64,000 nucleotides of DNA from the human T2T-CHM13v2.0 reference genome, Homo sapiens: assembly GCF_009914755.1 (NCBI RefSeq), contig NC_060932.1; one strand, given 5' to 3'. The number at the start of each line of letters is the position of its first letter. The stretch's first letter is position 1. This document shows, in pieces, positions 1 to 39,069 of this stretch. Made by a program: the position numbers and the translations under genes. The notes under the pieces are model-generated. The model had not been told where the DNA came from. It saw nothing but the letters and a program-made list of their open reading frames with translations, and did not search any database.

Positions 1-149
1 TGAACCTGGGATGCAGAGGTTGCAGTGAGCTGAGATCGCGCCACTGCAGTCCAGCCTGGGCGATGGAGTGAGACTTTGTCTCAAAACAAAAACAAAAACA
101 AAACGCTCAAAATTTCGAATAGGTTTTTCAAACTACTCCCTTTTTGTTT

Positions 150-420
150 AGTTACATGGTGTAGTGGATAAAAGCACAGACTTACAGAAACATCTAGTTT
201 GAGTCCTAACTTTGCCACTTATAAACATGTGACCCTTACTCAAGTTATACTAACTATGCTTTAGTTTGCCCCTCTACAAATAGAAGATAATTTGATATCT
301 ACCTTAATAAGATGGTTTGTGATAATTGAGACTTTATATGTAATGACTTAATAAGCATAAAAATGTTCCTGATAATCCCGGGTACATAACAAATGTTCTG
401 TGAAGTTAGCTCGTTATTAA
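150..420 (+). mobile_element. MIR (further MIR-like fragments at about 5400-5610, 8460-8630, 9305-9460, 39290-39480)
   Basis: ggtgtagtggataaaagcacagact...gtcctaactttgccactt...gtgacc core. Confidence 0.6.
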
Positions 421-753
421 TATAATTTAGTGGTGTTTGGACATTTTAGCTAAGGGCTCTTGTTTGGAACACCAATAAATAAAGGAGACTAAAAGCATTA
501 TTTCACTAATTCAAATATATATCAAAAGTTCTTTTACACTCCCTGGCACCATAATCCCTCCCATTCACTCTGTGCCCCACTTCCCATACCCAGATACACA
601 TACTGTATATCTGATAGAATTATACTTATAAAGGTAAGTGAAAAACATATTAGAAAATTAGAATTTTCCGGCCAGACGCGGTGGCTCACACCTTAATCCC
701 AGCACTTTGGGAGGCTGAGGTGGTGGATCGCCTGAGGTGAGGTCAGGAGATTA

Positions 754-1042
<289 letters not shown>

Positions 1043-1083
1043 TCAAAGGATTAAAAAATAATACTTAATTTAAACTTTGGTGA

Positions 1084-1384
<301 letters not shown>

Positions 1385-1762
1385 TGAGCCACCACACCTG
1401 GCCAAATTCAGCAAACTTTCTAAAACAACTATTCTACCATATTGAGTCAAACTCTTCTACCTAGGTTCAAGGTTTGTCTAATAGGATTTATGTTTCTTTT
1501 TCCCTTTTTCCCAATATAAGCTTTTAGCTCAGATTCTCATATGAACTCACACCCTGTTATACTTCATCCTGTTTTCCCCCACTGCTGTTCATTTTTACCC
1601 ATGATGCTCATCCTCCTTTCATTAGCGCCCAGCTCTTTTCAGTTTATTTTCACCCAGCACTTGGCATATTTGTGGCACCTTTACTTTTTCTTCCTATTCT
1701 CTGTTGTTATCTATAAAGCTCTTCTCACAACGTAGACCACAAACTGTTTCTGGTCATGATGA

Positions 1763-1978
<216 letters not shown>

Positions 1979-2221
1979 TGAGTAGCTGGGATTACAGGCG
2001 TGCTCCACCACACCCAGCTAATTTTTTTTTTTTTTTGTACTTTTAATAGAGATGGGATTTTACTATGTTGGCCAGGTTGGTCTCAAACTCCTGACCTCAA
2101 GTGATCCGCCCGCCTCAGCCCCCCAAAATGCTGGGATTACAGACATGAGCCACCGCACCCAGCCTTTAAGGAAGATTTTCTTTTTTTTGTTTTTCTTTTT
2201 TCTTTTTTTTTTTTTTTTTAA

Positions 2222-2491
<270 letters not shown>

Positions 2492-2639
2492 TAAGCAAGT
2501 TTTTATTGATGAGAGAGCAGTGTATTGATTCATGTTCTGGTGCAAACTCCTTTATCTTGTTAGAGACCAACACTTCCAGTAAACTCGTCTATACCATACA
2601 AGTTAACATTGTAATTCTGTCAGATATACAGTAGATTGA

Positions 2640-3133
2640 TGGGGAGTGGGGCAGAGAATGAATGGCAGGGGTTATGGTGCTAGTGAATATTAAAAGACTT
2701 TATTCATTGGTTTTGGCCTTTCAGCATCTGAATTTCTGTTCTGTATTTCTGGAATTCATTCCTTTATGATTTTTGGTGGGAAGCTTAACCTGCTTGTTAC
2801 AATAGCCAGGTACTTGCTTTGTCAGCCTCCCTTTTGCTACGACACGTGAGCTGTGGACTTGGTCTAGCAAATGGACCAGTACAGACAGCATCTTTGGAGT
2901 TGGGGACATGGAAAAGGAGGAACTGCGTGGACCCTGTCTGTGGTGGTAGTAGCAAATGCAGTGGTGTTTTCCCAGGGCCAAGTCTGCTGCAGTTTTGAAC
3001 GTCCTTGGTTGTGTAGCCTATAAATTAGTTTCTCTGAAGATTATTATCCACCAGATATCTTTTCATAAATGTATTTTTTACTTAAATTAGCCATACTAGG
3101 TTTTTGTTGCTTCCAGCTAAGAATACTGACTGA
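2640..3133 (+). mobile_element. Old MLT1-like MaLR LTR fragment
   Basis: 3' end cttaaattagcc...tttttgttgcttccagctaagaatactgactga resembles old MLT1 termini; the left boundary is uncertain. Confidence 0.45.
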
Positions 3134-3219
3134 AAAAAATACAAAAGAAAACAAAACACCTTATACTGTTACAGTTACTTTAAGCAAGCTGATCACAAGC
3201 AAATCTTGTTTTCTCTTAA

Positions 3220-3465
<246 letters not shown>

Positions 3466-3557
3466 TAGGCTTGCTCTGTGAGACATGTAGACAGTACAAA
3501 TTCTAAATAATAATGATTTCATTTTAGTATTTGCATTTTAAATTTTCAGTGTGTTTT

Positions 3558-3629
3558 ATGGACCATGTGCTGCTATGTATGCCTGAAGAAGTACTTGAAA
3601 TGCAAATTTGGGGAGACTTTGCCATATAA
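3558..3629 (+). promoter_or_regulatory. uORF MDHVLLCMPEEVLEMQIWGDFAI-stop in the MTFR1 leader, in frame with and abutting the main ATG
   Basis: ATG at 3558, TAA at 3627-3629, main ATG at 3630; read directly. Whether it is translated is untested. Confidence 0.6.
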
Positions 3630-3767
<138 letters not shown>

Positions 3768-4400
3768 TAAATCTATATATGACCAACATCTTGAATTCAA
3801 TATGTTTATGTACTGTTTAATTTGCTTTCTATTTAAATCATAGAAGTGAATCTTTTCTCAGCATCTGAAGTAAGGAAGTAACTTTCTGGGTTACATTGAA
3901 AACTTACCAGTATTCATGTGACCATTAAGAGCAATATATTTGTTATTAGTGAGGAAAAGGCTTAAATAAGCAGAAAAATCATTGCATAAAATATGCTTGG
4001 CCAACACTTGACAGCGCTCTTAATGTTGTAGAATCATTAACATTGAATGCTGTTATAATGTGTTTAAACAACACAGTTGTTTAAAAGGTAAGTTATGTCT
4101 CTTAAAAATAACAACTATTGATAAGAAGAAAAAAAAGTTACTATAATGATTGTTCTATGCTAGAGATATTAGTTTTTACCTTGACATTTTTTATAAGTAT
4201 TTTCTACTGATATATAAAGTTTGTTTAGACCTATAAATTATTAGAGCAAGTATTGTGCCAAGTACATTTTGTAGAATATTTTGTTTTACATTTTGAAATT
4301 CATTTTTTTTCATGGCTATGACATAGAATTAAATTTTATTTATTGAAGATACAGGCAGGTTACATAATTTGAATGTGGGTATACTTTTTTTTTTTTTTGA

Positions 4401-4601
<201 letters not shown>

Positions 4602-5091
4602 TGAACCCCTGACTGCCCACCCTGGCCTCCCAGAGTGCTGGGATTATAGACGTGGACCACTGTGCCTGGCAGAATATGGGTATACTTTTTAGTGCACTTT
4701 TACTTTTTTGTTTTTGTGCCTGAACTTTGAATCTCCCCAACTTCCAAGGTTACATCTGTTTTCTTCGGAGATTAAAAAGTAGAGAACCAAATAAAATTAT
4801 CTTTGTTTATAGCTGCATAATTTTGAGATTATTAGCTTGAGGATAAGCAATAGGAAAATGACTTGTAAATTTATTGGTATTTTCATATCTTTCAGATATA
4901 TGTTGCTATGTTTTAAATTTCACTTAGTGGCCAGTCGCAGTGCTCAGGCCTGTAATCCCAGCACTTTGGGAGACAGAGGCAGGAGGATGGCTGGAGCCTA
5001 GGAATTCGAGACCATCCTGGGCAATATAGTGAGACCCTATCTCTACAAAAAATTTAAAAAATTTAGCTGGGCATGGTGACACGTACCTCTA

Positions 5092-5280
<189 letters not shown>

Positions 5281-6116
5281 TTAGTAATGACAGCAAAAGT
5301 TTCTTTTTCTCTTGCTTGCACAAGGAAGGGAAGTTTTTGTTATTTATGATTTCCAAAAACCAAAGCTTTATAATTTCTATTTATTGTAATTTTAGTAAGA
5401 AGTATAGTTTAATGGTAAGATTGTGGGTCCTGGATTTAAACACACTTGAATCTGAAATTTGTCTCTGTCAGTTATTGCCTTCGTCTGCAAAGTAGCTGTA
5501 AGAATTGCTACTGCTATAAGAATTGTTACCTGTGGATTAAATGACAGAGTATGTAAAGCATCTAGCACAGTGGCTTGTACAGTGTAGATACATTCAATAA
5601 TAGTTTCTTAGATTTTTGCTGTTACCAGCCTCCCACCCCAAGACAGGTCAATATGAGTAGTGCTAATTGAGGCCAAAGTGCAGAATTCTGTTTCAGGCAC
5701 AGATAGCACGCTTTATTTAGCTTGTTCACTTTAAGCTGGAAAGTGGGTGCCGTTCATCAAAGAATGGACCAGCTAAAGGAGGATTAACTTGCTCAAAATA
5801 TTGTAATTACAACTGAGAGTCCTTCCTACTAATGGTGGATTAGCAAGATCTATTTTTAACTTATTGAAGCTAGCATATAATCGTAAACTTTAATCAGTTA
5901 GCTGAAAATTCATATAAAACCAAATTTTCTTCTAACATAAAGCAATGTGATCTTTTGGGGTTAACTAATTTCCAGTATTTTTTAGCTTGTTGCCTAAGAA
6001 TAAAAATACAAAGGAATCTTTCAAGATTTTATATTTGGGCACCAGAAAATAAAAGAAGCTTTCTTAGCTCTACCTTTCAGTGATTAACATGTATTTTCCC
6101 ATTGATCTGATATATA

Positions 6117-14141
<8,025 letters not shown>

Positions 14142-14576
14142 CTGAACCCCACACTGACTCATACTGTTATCCTTGAATTGGACTTGATTGCTAAAATTTA
14201 AGAAATCAGATAGTTTCTGTGCTCATTTTATAAGTTGTATATGCTTTTATCTAAGGGTCTAGTTTGAGTTAGGTTTTGGAGCCTCCACTGTTTACAGTGA
14301 ACCGTTGTTTGGTTATGCTGTTTGTTTATATTGGGGTAATTTCATTCTTTAAAGTAGAATGATCACGGATTGATCTTAAAAAAGTGGTAGTATCCATTTC
14401 TCCAGAATTCATACTCAGCTGATTTGGTTCTTTTTAGTCTTTAGAATATAATTGTTTTTTGAGTTTTTATTTTGTTTTATTTTTGAGACAAGGTCTCGCT
14501 TTGTCACCCAGGCTGGAGTGCAGTGGTGCCATCTTGGCTCACTGCAACCTCCGCTTCCTGGGTTCAAGCAGTTCTC

Positions 14577-14888
<312 letters not shown>

Positions 14889-15999
14889 TGGGTTCAAGCA
14901 GTTCTCATGCCTCAGCCTCCCAAGTAGCTGGGATTACAGGTGTGCACCACCATGCCTGGCTAATTTTTGTATTTTTAGTAGAGATGGGGTTTTGCCATGT
15001 TGGCCAGGCTGGTCTTGAACTCCTGGCCTCAGGTGATCCGCCCATTTTGGTGTCCCAAAGTGCTGGGATTACAGGCAGGAGCCGCCGCACCTGGCCTTAC
15101 ATAACTGAATGTTAAAGTTTGATGAATTAAGTATAATAGTCATATAATTCTTACTCTTTTCTTTTAAAATTGCTTTTAATAGCATACTACCTTTCTTTAC
15201 TTATTCTGTCCAGGCTTTCAAGTGTAGCACTCAAAACAGATGAATAGTTTTTCCTTTAAAGAGGGGTCATATACTTGGGGAGAAGTTTCAAGGTACAATT
15301 TATAATGATTTACCTAACATTCAACACATGTGCTTTTTGTTGTTTTTGTTTTTTTTTTTTTTTTGCTTTGAGGGTTTGTTTTTGTCTTTAAGCATAGCAT
15401 AATGTCCTGTTTTATTATGATTTCATCTGAGAAATTCTGCTCAGATGAAATTTCTTACCTTTCCTTTGGGGAGCAGGCCTCCCAAGAGCAATATGCCTGG
15501 ATTTCAGCCTTTGCTCACCCTTGGCCAAGCATTCTTGTGCAGCAAACAACATGGAGCACCCTGCATGGTACACATTCAGATTCTGAACTTTGTACTAATT
15601 TGGGATTGTTTTGAAAAGTGTGTAACAGCAAAAGTAACATACATTTAATAAAAACTATGTATATCAAAATTCTAAAACTAAAAATATAGCAGAAGAGATA
15701 AAATAGTGTTTCTGTTGCAGAATAGTATGAAAACCTGATGAAAATAAAATTTTTACTGTAAGTATAGTATTTAAAAATTACTGGCTAGTTTATATTTTTA
15801 TATAATACTTTACATTAAACTTTATTGAATTAATAATATCTATCTCTCTATCTATCTATATATTCTTTATTTTTGGATTGAGAAACATTAGCTTATTTGC
15901 CATAACATTTAGAGCATTCTGATCCTGTAATTAATGTGTTAGTATGTCATACAAATAATTGTCTAATGCTTTGTCTTAACAGTTCTGTACATCTTGTAA

Positions 16000-16233
<234 letters not shown>

Positions 16234-16730
16234 TGATGCCACTATCAATACAATAGAAGAGGATTAAAAACCACAGTAAAGCCTTTCTAATTTTAGTTTC
16301 TCTGTGACGTGATTGAGATTTTTAAGATATTTATCCTTCTTAAGGATGCATATGTGAAGATTTAGGAGCATATAATAAGCTAAGCAGTTGTTAATTCCTA
16401 GGTGACCTCAAACATAGGCTTTATATTATTCCAGGTGCTTCATGTACCACCATTATTTTTCTTCTGTAATTATACCTTCCTCTTTGGATAGCCACTCTGT
16501 TCCCCTGCTTTATTTTTAGATCTCTGTGGATGCCATATAAGTTGCTTTCCGTCATTGGTTTCAAGATCAGCATTAATTATAGGATCCATTGCCTTGGCAA
16601 TGACAGTGTCAAGACAAAAAGGTAATTGTGGTTTTCGCAGTGAGGTGATAGTCAAACCGTGAATCAGGAGAACTTTTGAAAGTCTTAGTCTTAGAACTTT
16701 TGAAGGTCTTAGTACAGTATTCTCTTTTAG

Positions 16731-27137
<10,407 letters not shown>

Positions 27138-27293
27138 TCATATACTATTAGGCAACAATATGATTATGACTATTAATCATGGAGACCTTCAGTGGAAGAG
27201 TTAGAAACCACTCATGTGTTTTTAACACCAGAGCTGACGATTTTCCTTTAGGTGAGTAAAAAAAATTTAACATTTTGGTGCCATCTTTGGTGA

Positions 27294-27482
<189 letters not shown>

Positions 27483-27562
27483 TAAAGAATGATATTATTT
27501 GCAGTACTTATTTTTAATAGCCTAATTTTATCTCTAGTAATGCACCCTCTTCTTTTTCTTGA

Positions 27563-27769
<207 letters not shown>

Positions 27770-27776
27770 TAGATAG

Positions 27777-27875
<99 letters not shown>

Positions 27876-28149
27876 TGAGTAGCTGGGGCTACAGGCACGC
27901 ACCACCACACCCAGCTAATTTTTGTATTTTTAGTAGAGATGGGGTTTCGCCATGTTAGCCAGGCTGGTCTTGATCTCCTGACCTCAGATGATCCACCCGC
28001 CTTGCCCTCCTAAAGTGCTGGGATTACAGACGTGAGCCACCACGCCCAGCCTATTTTTTACTTTTTTTGTAGAGATGAGTTTTCACCATGTTGCCTAGGC
28101 TAGTCTGTTCGTTTTCAAGACTTGACTAGTATTTATAAAGTTTTTAGAG

Positions 28150-29900
<1,751 letters not shown>

Positions 29901-30301
29901 TGAATGACAAATAGAAATAAGGACATAGCAGTAGATAAACACAGGGATTGCAGGATTAGCAGGTAAAGAGCCTTTCTTTTTTAAGATGTTTATTTTATTT
30001 AAACTTTTTATTTTGAGATAATTGTAGATTCTTCACATGCATATTTATAAGAAACAATACAGAGAAATTCCCCATGCTTTTCACTCAGTCTCCTTCAATG
30101 GTAACATCCTGCAAAACTATAGTACAATATCACAGCAGGGTATTGATGTTGATAAGTCAAGATGCAGGACATTTCCATGCTACAGAGATCCTCCAGTTGC
30201 CCTGTTATAGCCACACATACTTCTCTTCCATCCCCAACCTCAACTCCTTCTTAATGGCTAGCAACTACTAATCTGTTCATTTTAACTATTTTATCATTTA
30301 A

Positions 30302-30961
<660 letters not shown>

Positions 30962-30973
30962 AAACAAAGGTGT

Positions 30974-31061
30974 CTCTCCAAGTCGGAATCAAACCAGCAC
31001 CTAAGAATGGCCACGGGCGTGCACCTACAGTCCTCCGCTCTACCAGCTGAGCTATTGAAGA
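30974..31061 (-). tRNA. TRY-GTA9-1: Intron-containing tRNA-Tyr(GTA) copy, degenerate and probably a retropseudogene (resembles tRNA-Tyr-GTA-9-1)
   Basis: The - strand reads TCTTCAATAGCTCAGCTGGTAGAGCGGAGGACTGTAG[GTGCACGCCCGTGGCC]ATTCTTAGGTGCTGGTTTGATTCCGACTTGGAGAG. D arm and A-box are intact, anticodon GTA at 31028-31026, 16-nt intron 31024-31009, B-box mutated (TTTGA). The symbol is from memory. Confidence 0.9.
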
Positions 31062-31952
31062 GGGCAGGACTGGCTTTTTAAACTCAGCATTATTCTCTGG
31101 CTATTCATCTAAATTGTTGTGTGCATCAAGAGCTTGATCCTTTTTAATTGCTCAGTAGTAGTCATTGGTATGGATGTATTACAGTTTGTTTAATCATGCA
31201 GTAGTTGATGGACATCTAGGTTGATTCCAGTTTTTGGCTGTTAAAGAAAGTTAGTATATAAACATTTGTGTATAGGTTTTTGAGTGACTGACTATAAGTT
31301 TTCATTTTTCTGGGATAAATGTCTATGAGTGCAGTTGCTGGGTCAAATAGTAGTTACTTAGTTTTTCAAGAAACTGACAAGCTGTTTTCTAGAGCCTATT
31401 TCATATCCCTCTGGCAGTATATGGCTAATTCAGTTTCTCTGCGTTATTTCCTTAATAGCTAATGATGTTAAACATCTTTTTATGCCATATGTGTATTCTT
31501 TCAGGTAAAACGTATCGTGTCTTTTGCTTATTTTCTAACTGGATATTTTTAAGATTTCTTTGTATATTCTAGATATGAATCCTTGTCACATATATGGTTT
31601 ATAAATATTTTCTCCTACTCTGTGGCTTGTCTTTTCATACATTTAATGGGGTCTTTCATGGAGCAAAAGTTTTTCGTTTTGATGAAGTCTAATTTATGTA
31701 TTTTTTTATTGATCGTGCTTTTGGTGTCAAATCTAAGAGCTCTTTGCCTAGCCCTAGATCCTGAGACTTCTTTTTCCCTAAGAGGTTTATAGTTTTATAT
31801 TTTACATTTGAGTCCATGATTTTTTTTTTTCTTTTTTTTTTTTTCAGAAGGATCTGGCTCTGTCACCCGGGCTGGAGTGCAGTGGCATGATCATAGCTCA
31901 CTGTAACCTCTGCCTCCTGGGCTCAAGCGATCCTCTCACCTTAACCTCCTAA

Positions 31953-32117
<165 letters not shown>

Positions 32118-32226
32118 TAAATTCGTGATTCTTTTCAAGTTAATTTTTTCATACAGGTTGAGCAACCCTAATTTGAAAATCCAAAATCAGAAGTGTTCCA
32201 AACTCCAAATTTTTTAAAAATGGAAT

Positions 32227-33427
<1,201 letters not shown>

Positions 33428-34303
33428 GAATGGAATCTACCCTTCTGTGTTTATAACTTACAGTTTAAGTCCCTATAGAAACAAATTCTATTTAAGACTG
33501 TTCATATGTTGCAGTTTGTTTTTCTGCCTCTCATATTTATATTTGTATGAAAGCTGAAGCTCTTCAATATATTTCTTCCTTGAAATTTATGTTGATGACA
33601 TTTCTATAACAATTATTTATAATGTCATACTATTATGTCTCCAGGAAAACAGGATACATATGAGTCTTTCATAATTGGTTATTATAGAAATGATTTTTTT
33701 CAAATGCACCGAACTTGAGATTTTTATTTATAAACTAGAAGTACAGGCCGAGTGTAGTGGCTCATGCTTATAATCCCAGCACTTTGGGAGGTCGAGGTGG
33801 GTGGGTTGCTTGACCCCAGGAGTTCAAGACGAGCCTGGGCAACATGGCAAAACCCCATCTCTACAAAAAATACCAAAATTCGCTGGGTGTGGTGGTACAC
33901 ACCTGTTGTCCTTGCTACCTGAGAGGCTGAGGTGGTAGGATTGCTTGAGCCTGGGAGGTCAAGGCTGCAGTGAACCATGAATGCACCACTGCATTCCAAC
34001 CTCAGCAATGGATCGAGACCTATCTTAAAAAAAAAAAAAAAAAGAAAAAAGAAAACAAAAAAAAGGGCAGCATATTTCTGTGGAATAGAAGTATTCTACT
34101 TTGAGAAGAGAATTTTCAATAACATGAGAAAACTGTTAGTACAGTGGCATGCACAAAGTAAGGCCTCATTGTTTTTTCTCTTTTCTGTACACATTTTCAT
34201 TTCCTTTTTAACTAACAGAAGCATTGACATCCTGATAACTGATAATCTCATCTAAGATAATGTGTTCTCTTTCATAGTAGTATTCTAAGGAGAACGTATA
34301 GTC

Positions 34304-34972
34304 TGTGAAAGGAAAATAAACCTTGGGACTCCCAAATCACTAAGCCAAAGGGAAAAGTCAAGCTGGGAACTGCATCAGGCAAACCTGCCTCCCAAAGCTT
34401 TGCATCAGAGCAAAGCTGCCTCTGTAGCTATGTAAGATAGCTACATTATAAAAAAGCTACATACCTCTCTTACAATTTGCCTGCTAGGAAATTCCTTGTG
34501 GGCCCCAAGATCCTTACCCTAAAACAGTTCTGCTAAATTTGACTCTGACAATGTGAACTGATAGCTTTTCTTCACAGGTATTGGAAAAGGACGGAACTCA
34601 AAAGTTACCCCTCTGCTCACCTGAGACAAATGCATATCTGATTGCTTCCTCTGCCCTATGTTTATTTTATGTAAAAATGCAGATTTACTGAACTAGAGGA
34701 ATGCCTACGTGACTATTCCTCTACTGCCCCTCACATGTGAACAGCTGATCAGAGACTTAAAAGAATGTAAACTTTTGTCTCTTATCTACCCCCACCTTTT
34801 AAAAATTTCTTCCTCTTTCTCTAATATCTGCCCTTTCTCCTTTAAATATTGAAGCCCTCAAAATCATCTTTGGAGAAAGGCACTGATCTGTCTCCCAGGT
34901 GCACATCTTTAACCTTGGTAAAATAAACTTCTAAATTGTTTGAGACCTGTCTCAGATACTTTTTGGTTTATA
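34304..34972 (+). mobile_element. Solo LTR, ERV1 MER4-group (MER4A-like)
   Basis: Starts TGTGAAAGGAAAATAAA...GGGAAAAGTCAAGCTGGGAACTG, ends TTTGGTTTATA (decayed CA), 4-bp TSD AGTC on both sides, internal AATAAA at 34922. Confidence 0.85.
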
Positions 34973-35803
34973 AGTCTTTGGATAAATATACAGTATAACA
35001 TTTGTACTGTATGATGAAATTAAAGACTGTAATCTCTGAAGCCTTTAGTTGACATCATAGACATTGTCATCAAGCGTTTGATTGGTTCCAAAGTAGAAGA
35101 GCAGCTAAGGAGTTTTGAAATATTTCAAGTTTAATTTGTTCATTCTATATTAATATATTAATTTCTAGTTGTATCCAGTTCTTCTGTAGAGTGTCACAAT
35201 ATCAAGCTCACTTACTAAATACAAATTTATAGGTTCATAGGGCTTAAAAATGTTTCGGATAGCTGTTTTCCTTATCCTAGGATGCTTGCAATCTAATGAG
35301 GAAGATGAACATACTTATAAAAGTCTGTAATATAAGGATAGTGAATAAAGTGAGACTGAGGTGATGATATCCAGCTTAATTTTTCAAGTGTCAGCATGAA
35401 GTATAAGATGGAATGTGCTGTTTTTTAAGGAGTGTCAGGGAAGATCCCCAACCTCTTAGAGGGTGACAGAGTAGCAAGAGTCCATAGGAAATACTTAACA
35501 AGCAAGCAGGCTGGCTCCACAGTGCCAGAGGTGCAAGAGTAGGCCAGGAGACTCGGTGGATCAGAGCAAGGTTTCCTACTCACAGCACATCAATCTGCAG
35601 ATGTTACTGGTTTCTATTTTATTCTTCATTACTTGACAGTAGACATGAACTGATAAACATATGTTATTAAAATAGTATATTCAAGGGAGAAAGATTATTT
35701 TTGTTAAATACCACTTTTAGGAAGATTGAACTTCTGAAATATAAAACAACAGAAGGGTTGTGTTGAACAGAGCCTAAAACAGCTAATGAGGGAATCCCAC
35801 TAG

Positions 35804-36304
<501 letters not shown>

Positions 36305-36989
36305 TAGAGTATGTTTTTTTACCTTTCAAGGTTGTTCTGTAAACTAAAAAGATGAGGGAGGGTCAGTAGAAATCATTTTGGGAATAGGGCACATCTAATT
36401 TAAAACTGTGTCAGATTTTGAGTTTCCCTTACCTGTGAGATGAGGGGACAGGACCCCAGAGGTGTATTATATTTAACTTAGGGTTCTTTGATATGGGTGA
36501 GGAGCTAAAAAGGCCTTTGCATTTACGTAAATTGTGCTACAAAAGTGGCTTCCCTTGACAGTAACAAGGAAAAAAGAGAGCTAGATAATTCAGTGTAGTG
36601 TTATTCTAAGTAAGAACCTGTGTGCCTTAGGGAATTTTGGACCCAATATAAACAAAATATAACCAAAACAAATGAATGAAACCAGTAGAAATCTCACTAG
36701 CAGAAATTGGTATCCAGAAAATGGTTTTAAGAAACATCAGTTAACTGTTAAACGTTTAAGGTAATGGAAAAAAAAAAAAAGGAAAGGAAGAAATATCAGG
36801 CCTGCATAATATATAATCCCAACACTTTGGGAGGCTTGAGGCCAGGAGTTCATGACCAGCCTGGGCAACATTGTGAGACCCTGTCTCTTAAAAAAAAGAG
36901 AAAAGAAAAAAATTAGCCAGGCATGGGTGGCACGCACCTATAGTCCTAGCTACTCAGGAAGCTGAGGCAGGAGGATCACTTGAGCCTAG

Positions 36990-37349
<360 letters not shown>

Positions 37350-38345
37350 TGATCCACCCACCTTGGGCTCCCAAAGTGCTGGTATTACAGGTGTGAGCCA
37401 CCCCACCTGGCCTCTTTGTTATTTTTGTTTTTGTATTTGTTTTTATTTCTTAAAATTTCTATGAATTACAAAAATTCTTGCAAGAGTCTATCCTTATTTT
37501 GGATTTATTCTGTCTTTGTAATCTAGTTCTTAATAGCCCTCTGTTCTTAAGGATAGCAAAACAGATTGGTTTTAAGAATGAATGGTTTGTTGACTGTCTT
37601 AAAAAATAACGCAGGGCTCGGTGGCTCATGCTTGTAATTCGAGTACTTTGGGAGGCCAAAGCTAGAGGATCCTTTGAGCCACGGAGTTATACCAGCCTGG
37701 GCAACATAGGGAAACCCTATCTGGGCTCTTAAACCTTCATAGGTCCTATAATTACTATGTTTGAGCCCATAAATATTAAAGTATTTCACATAAGGAAATG
37801 CTGAATTATATAATTAAAGACAGAAAAGTAGTATAAAGTACAGTTCTTCACTGTTAATTAAATTGTTTTGTCAAAGGTCCTAAACTTTTTTGCTCTTACC
37901 CTGGCACAATAGTGTTCAAGATTAAAGAGTAATTTGTCCTTTATTTTCAGTAAAAAAAGCAAAAAGATAAAAATTCATCATGCAAGGTATGGGGAGATAT
38001 AGAAAGTTAATCCTTTTCAGACATAACCACTTTGAAGGGCATAAAAAGCTTCTTCTTAGTTCAAATCAAAAGAAAACGTCAATTAGCAAAAACTTTGCTA
38101 AAATCTGTGATGCCTCTTGATGGAGTTGGTTTGTGCATATTATGTAGAGATTGACTAAGAAAAATGATGGCAGCAAGAACCCCAGCTGTGGTATGTAACT
38201 ACATAAGGTTGACAAATGCTTTGCTGTTTTTGTCCTTACACGAAGGGACTTATGTAAGATCAGCCTGAAAAGAGGTTCTTGGGTGTTAATGCGGATACAC
38301 TGTCAGGTGAGGATGGTGTTTCACGTTCTCTTACAAAGCCTGTGA

Positions 38346-38612
<267 letters not shown>

Positions 38613-38784
38613 TAAGTCCTACATTTGTTAGTTTTAACTTGCAAACTAGAAGTTAGGAGAATGCTACTTACTTTAAAATCAATTAGTAACAGCTATTGGG
38701 GTTCTTAGAAAACCAGGTGTCATCCAGGTACGGTGGCGCATGCCTGTAATCCCAGCACTTTGGGAGGCTGAGGCAGGCAGATCA

Positions 38785-39069
<285 letters not shown>

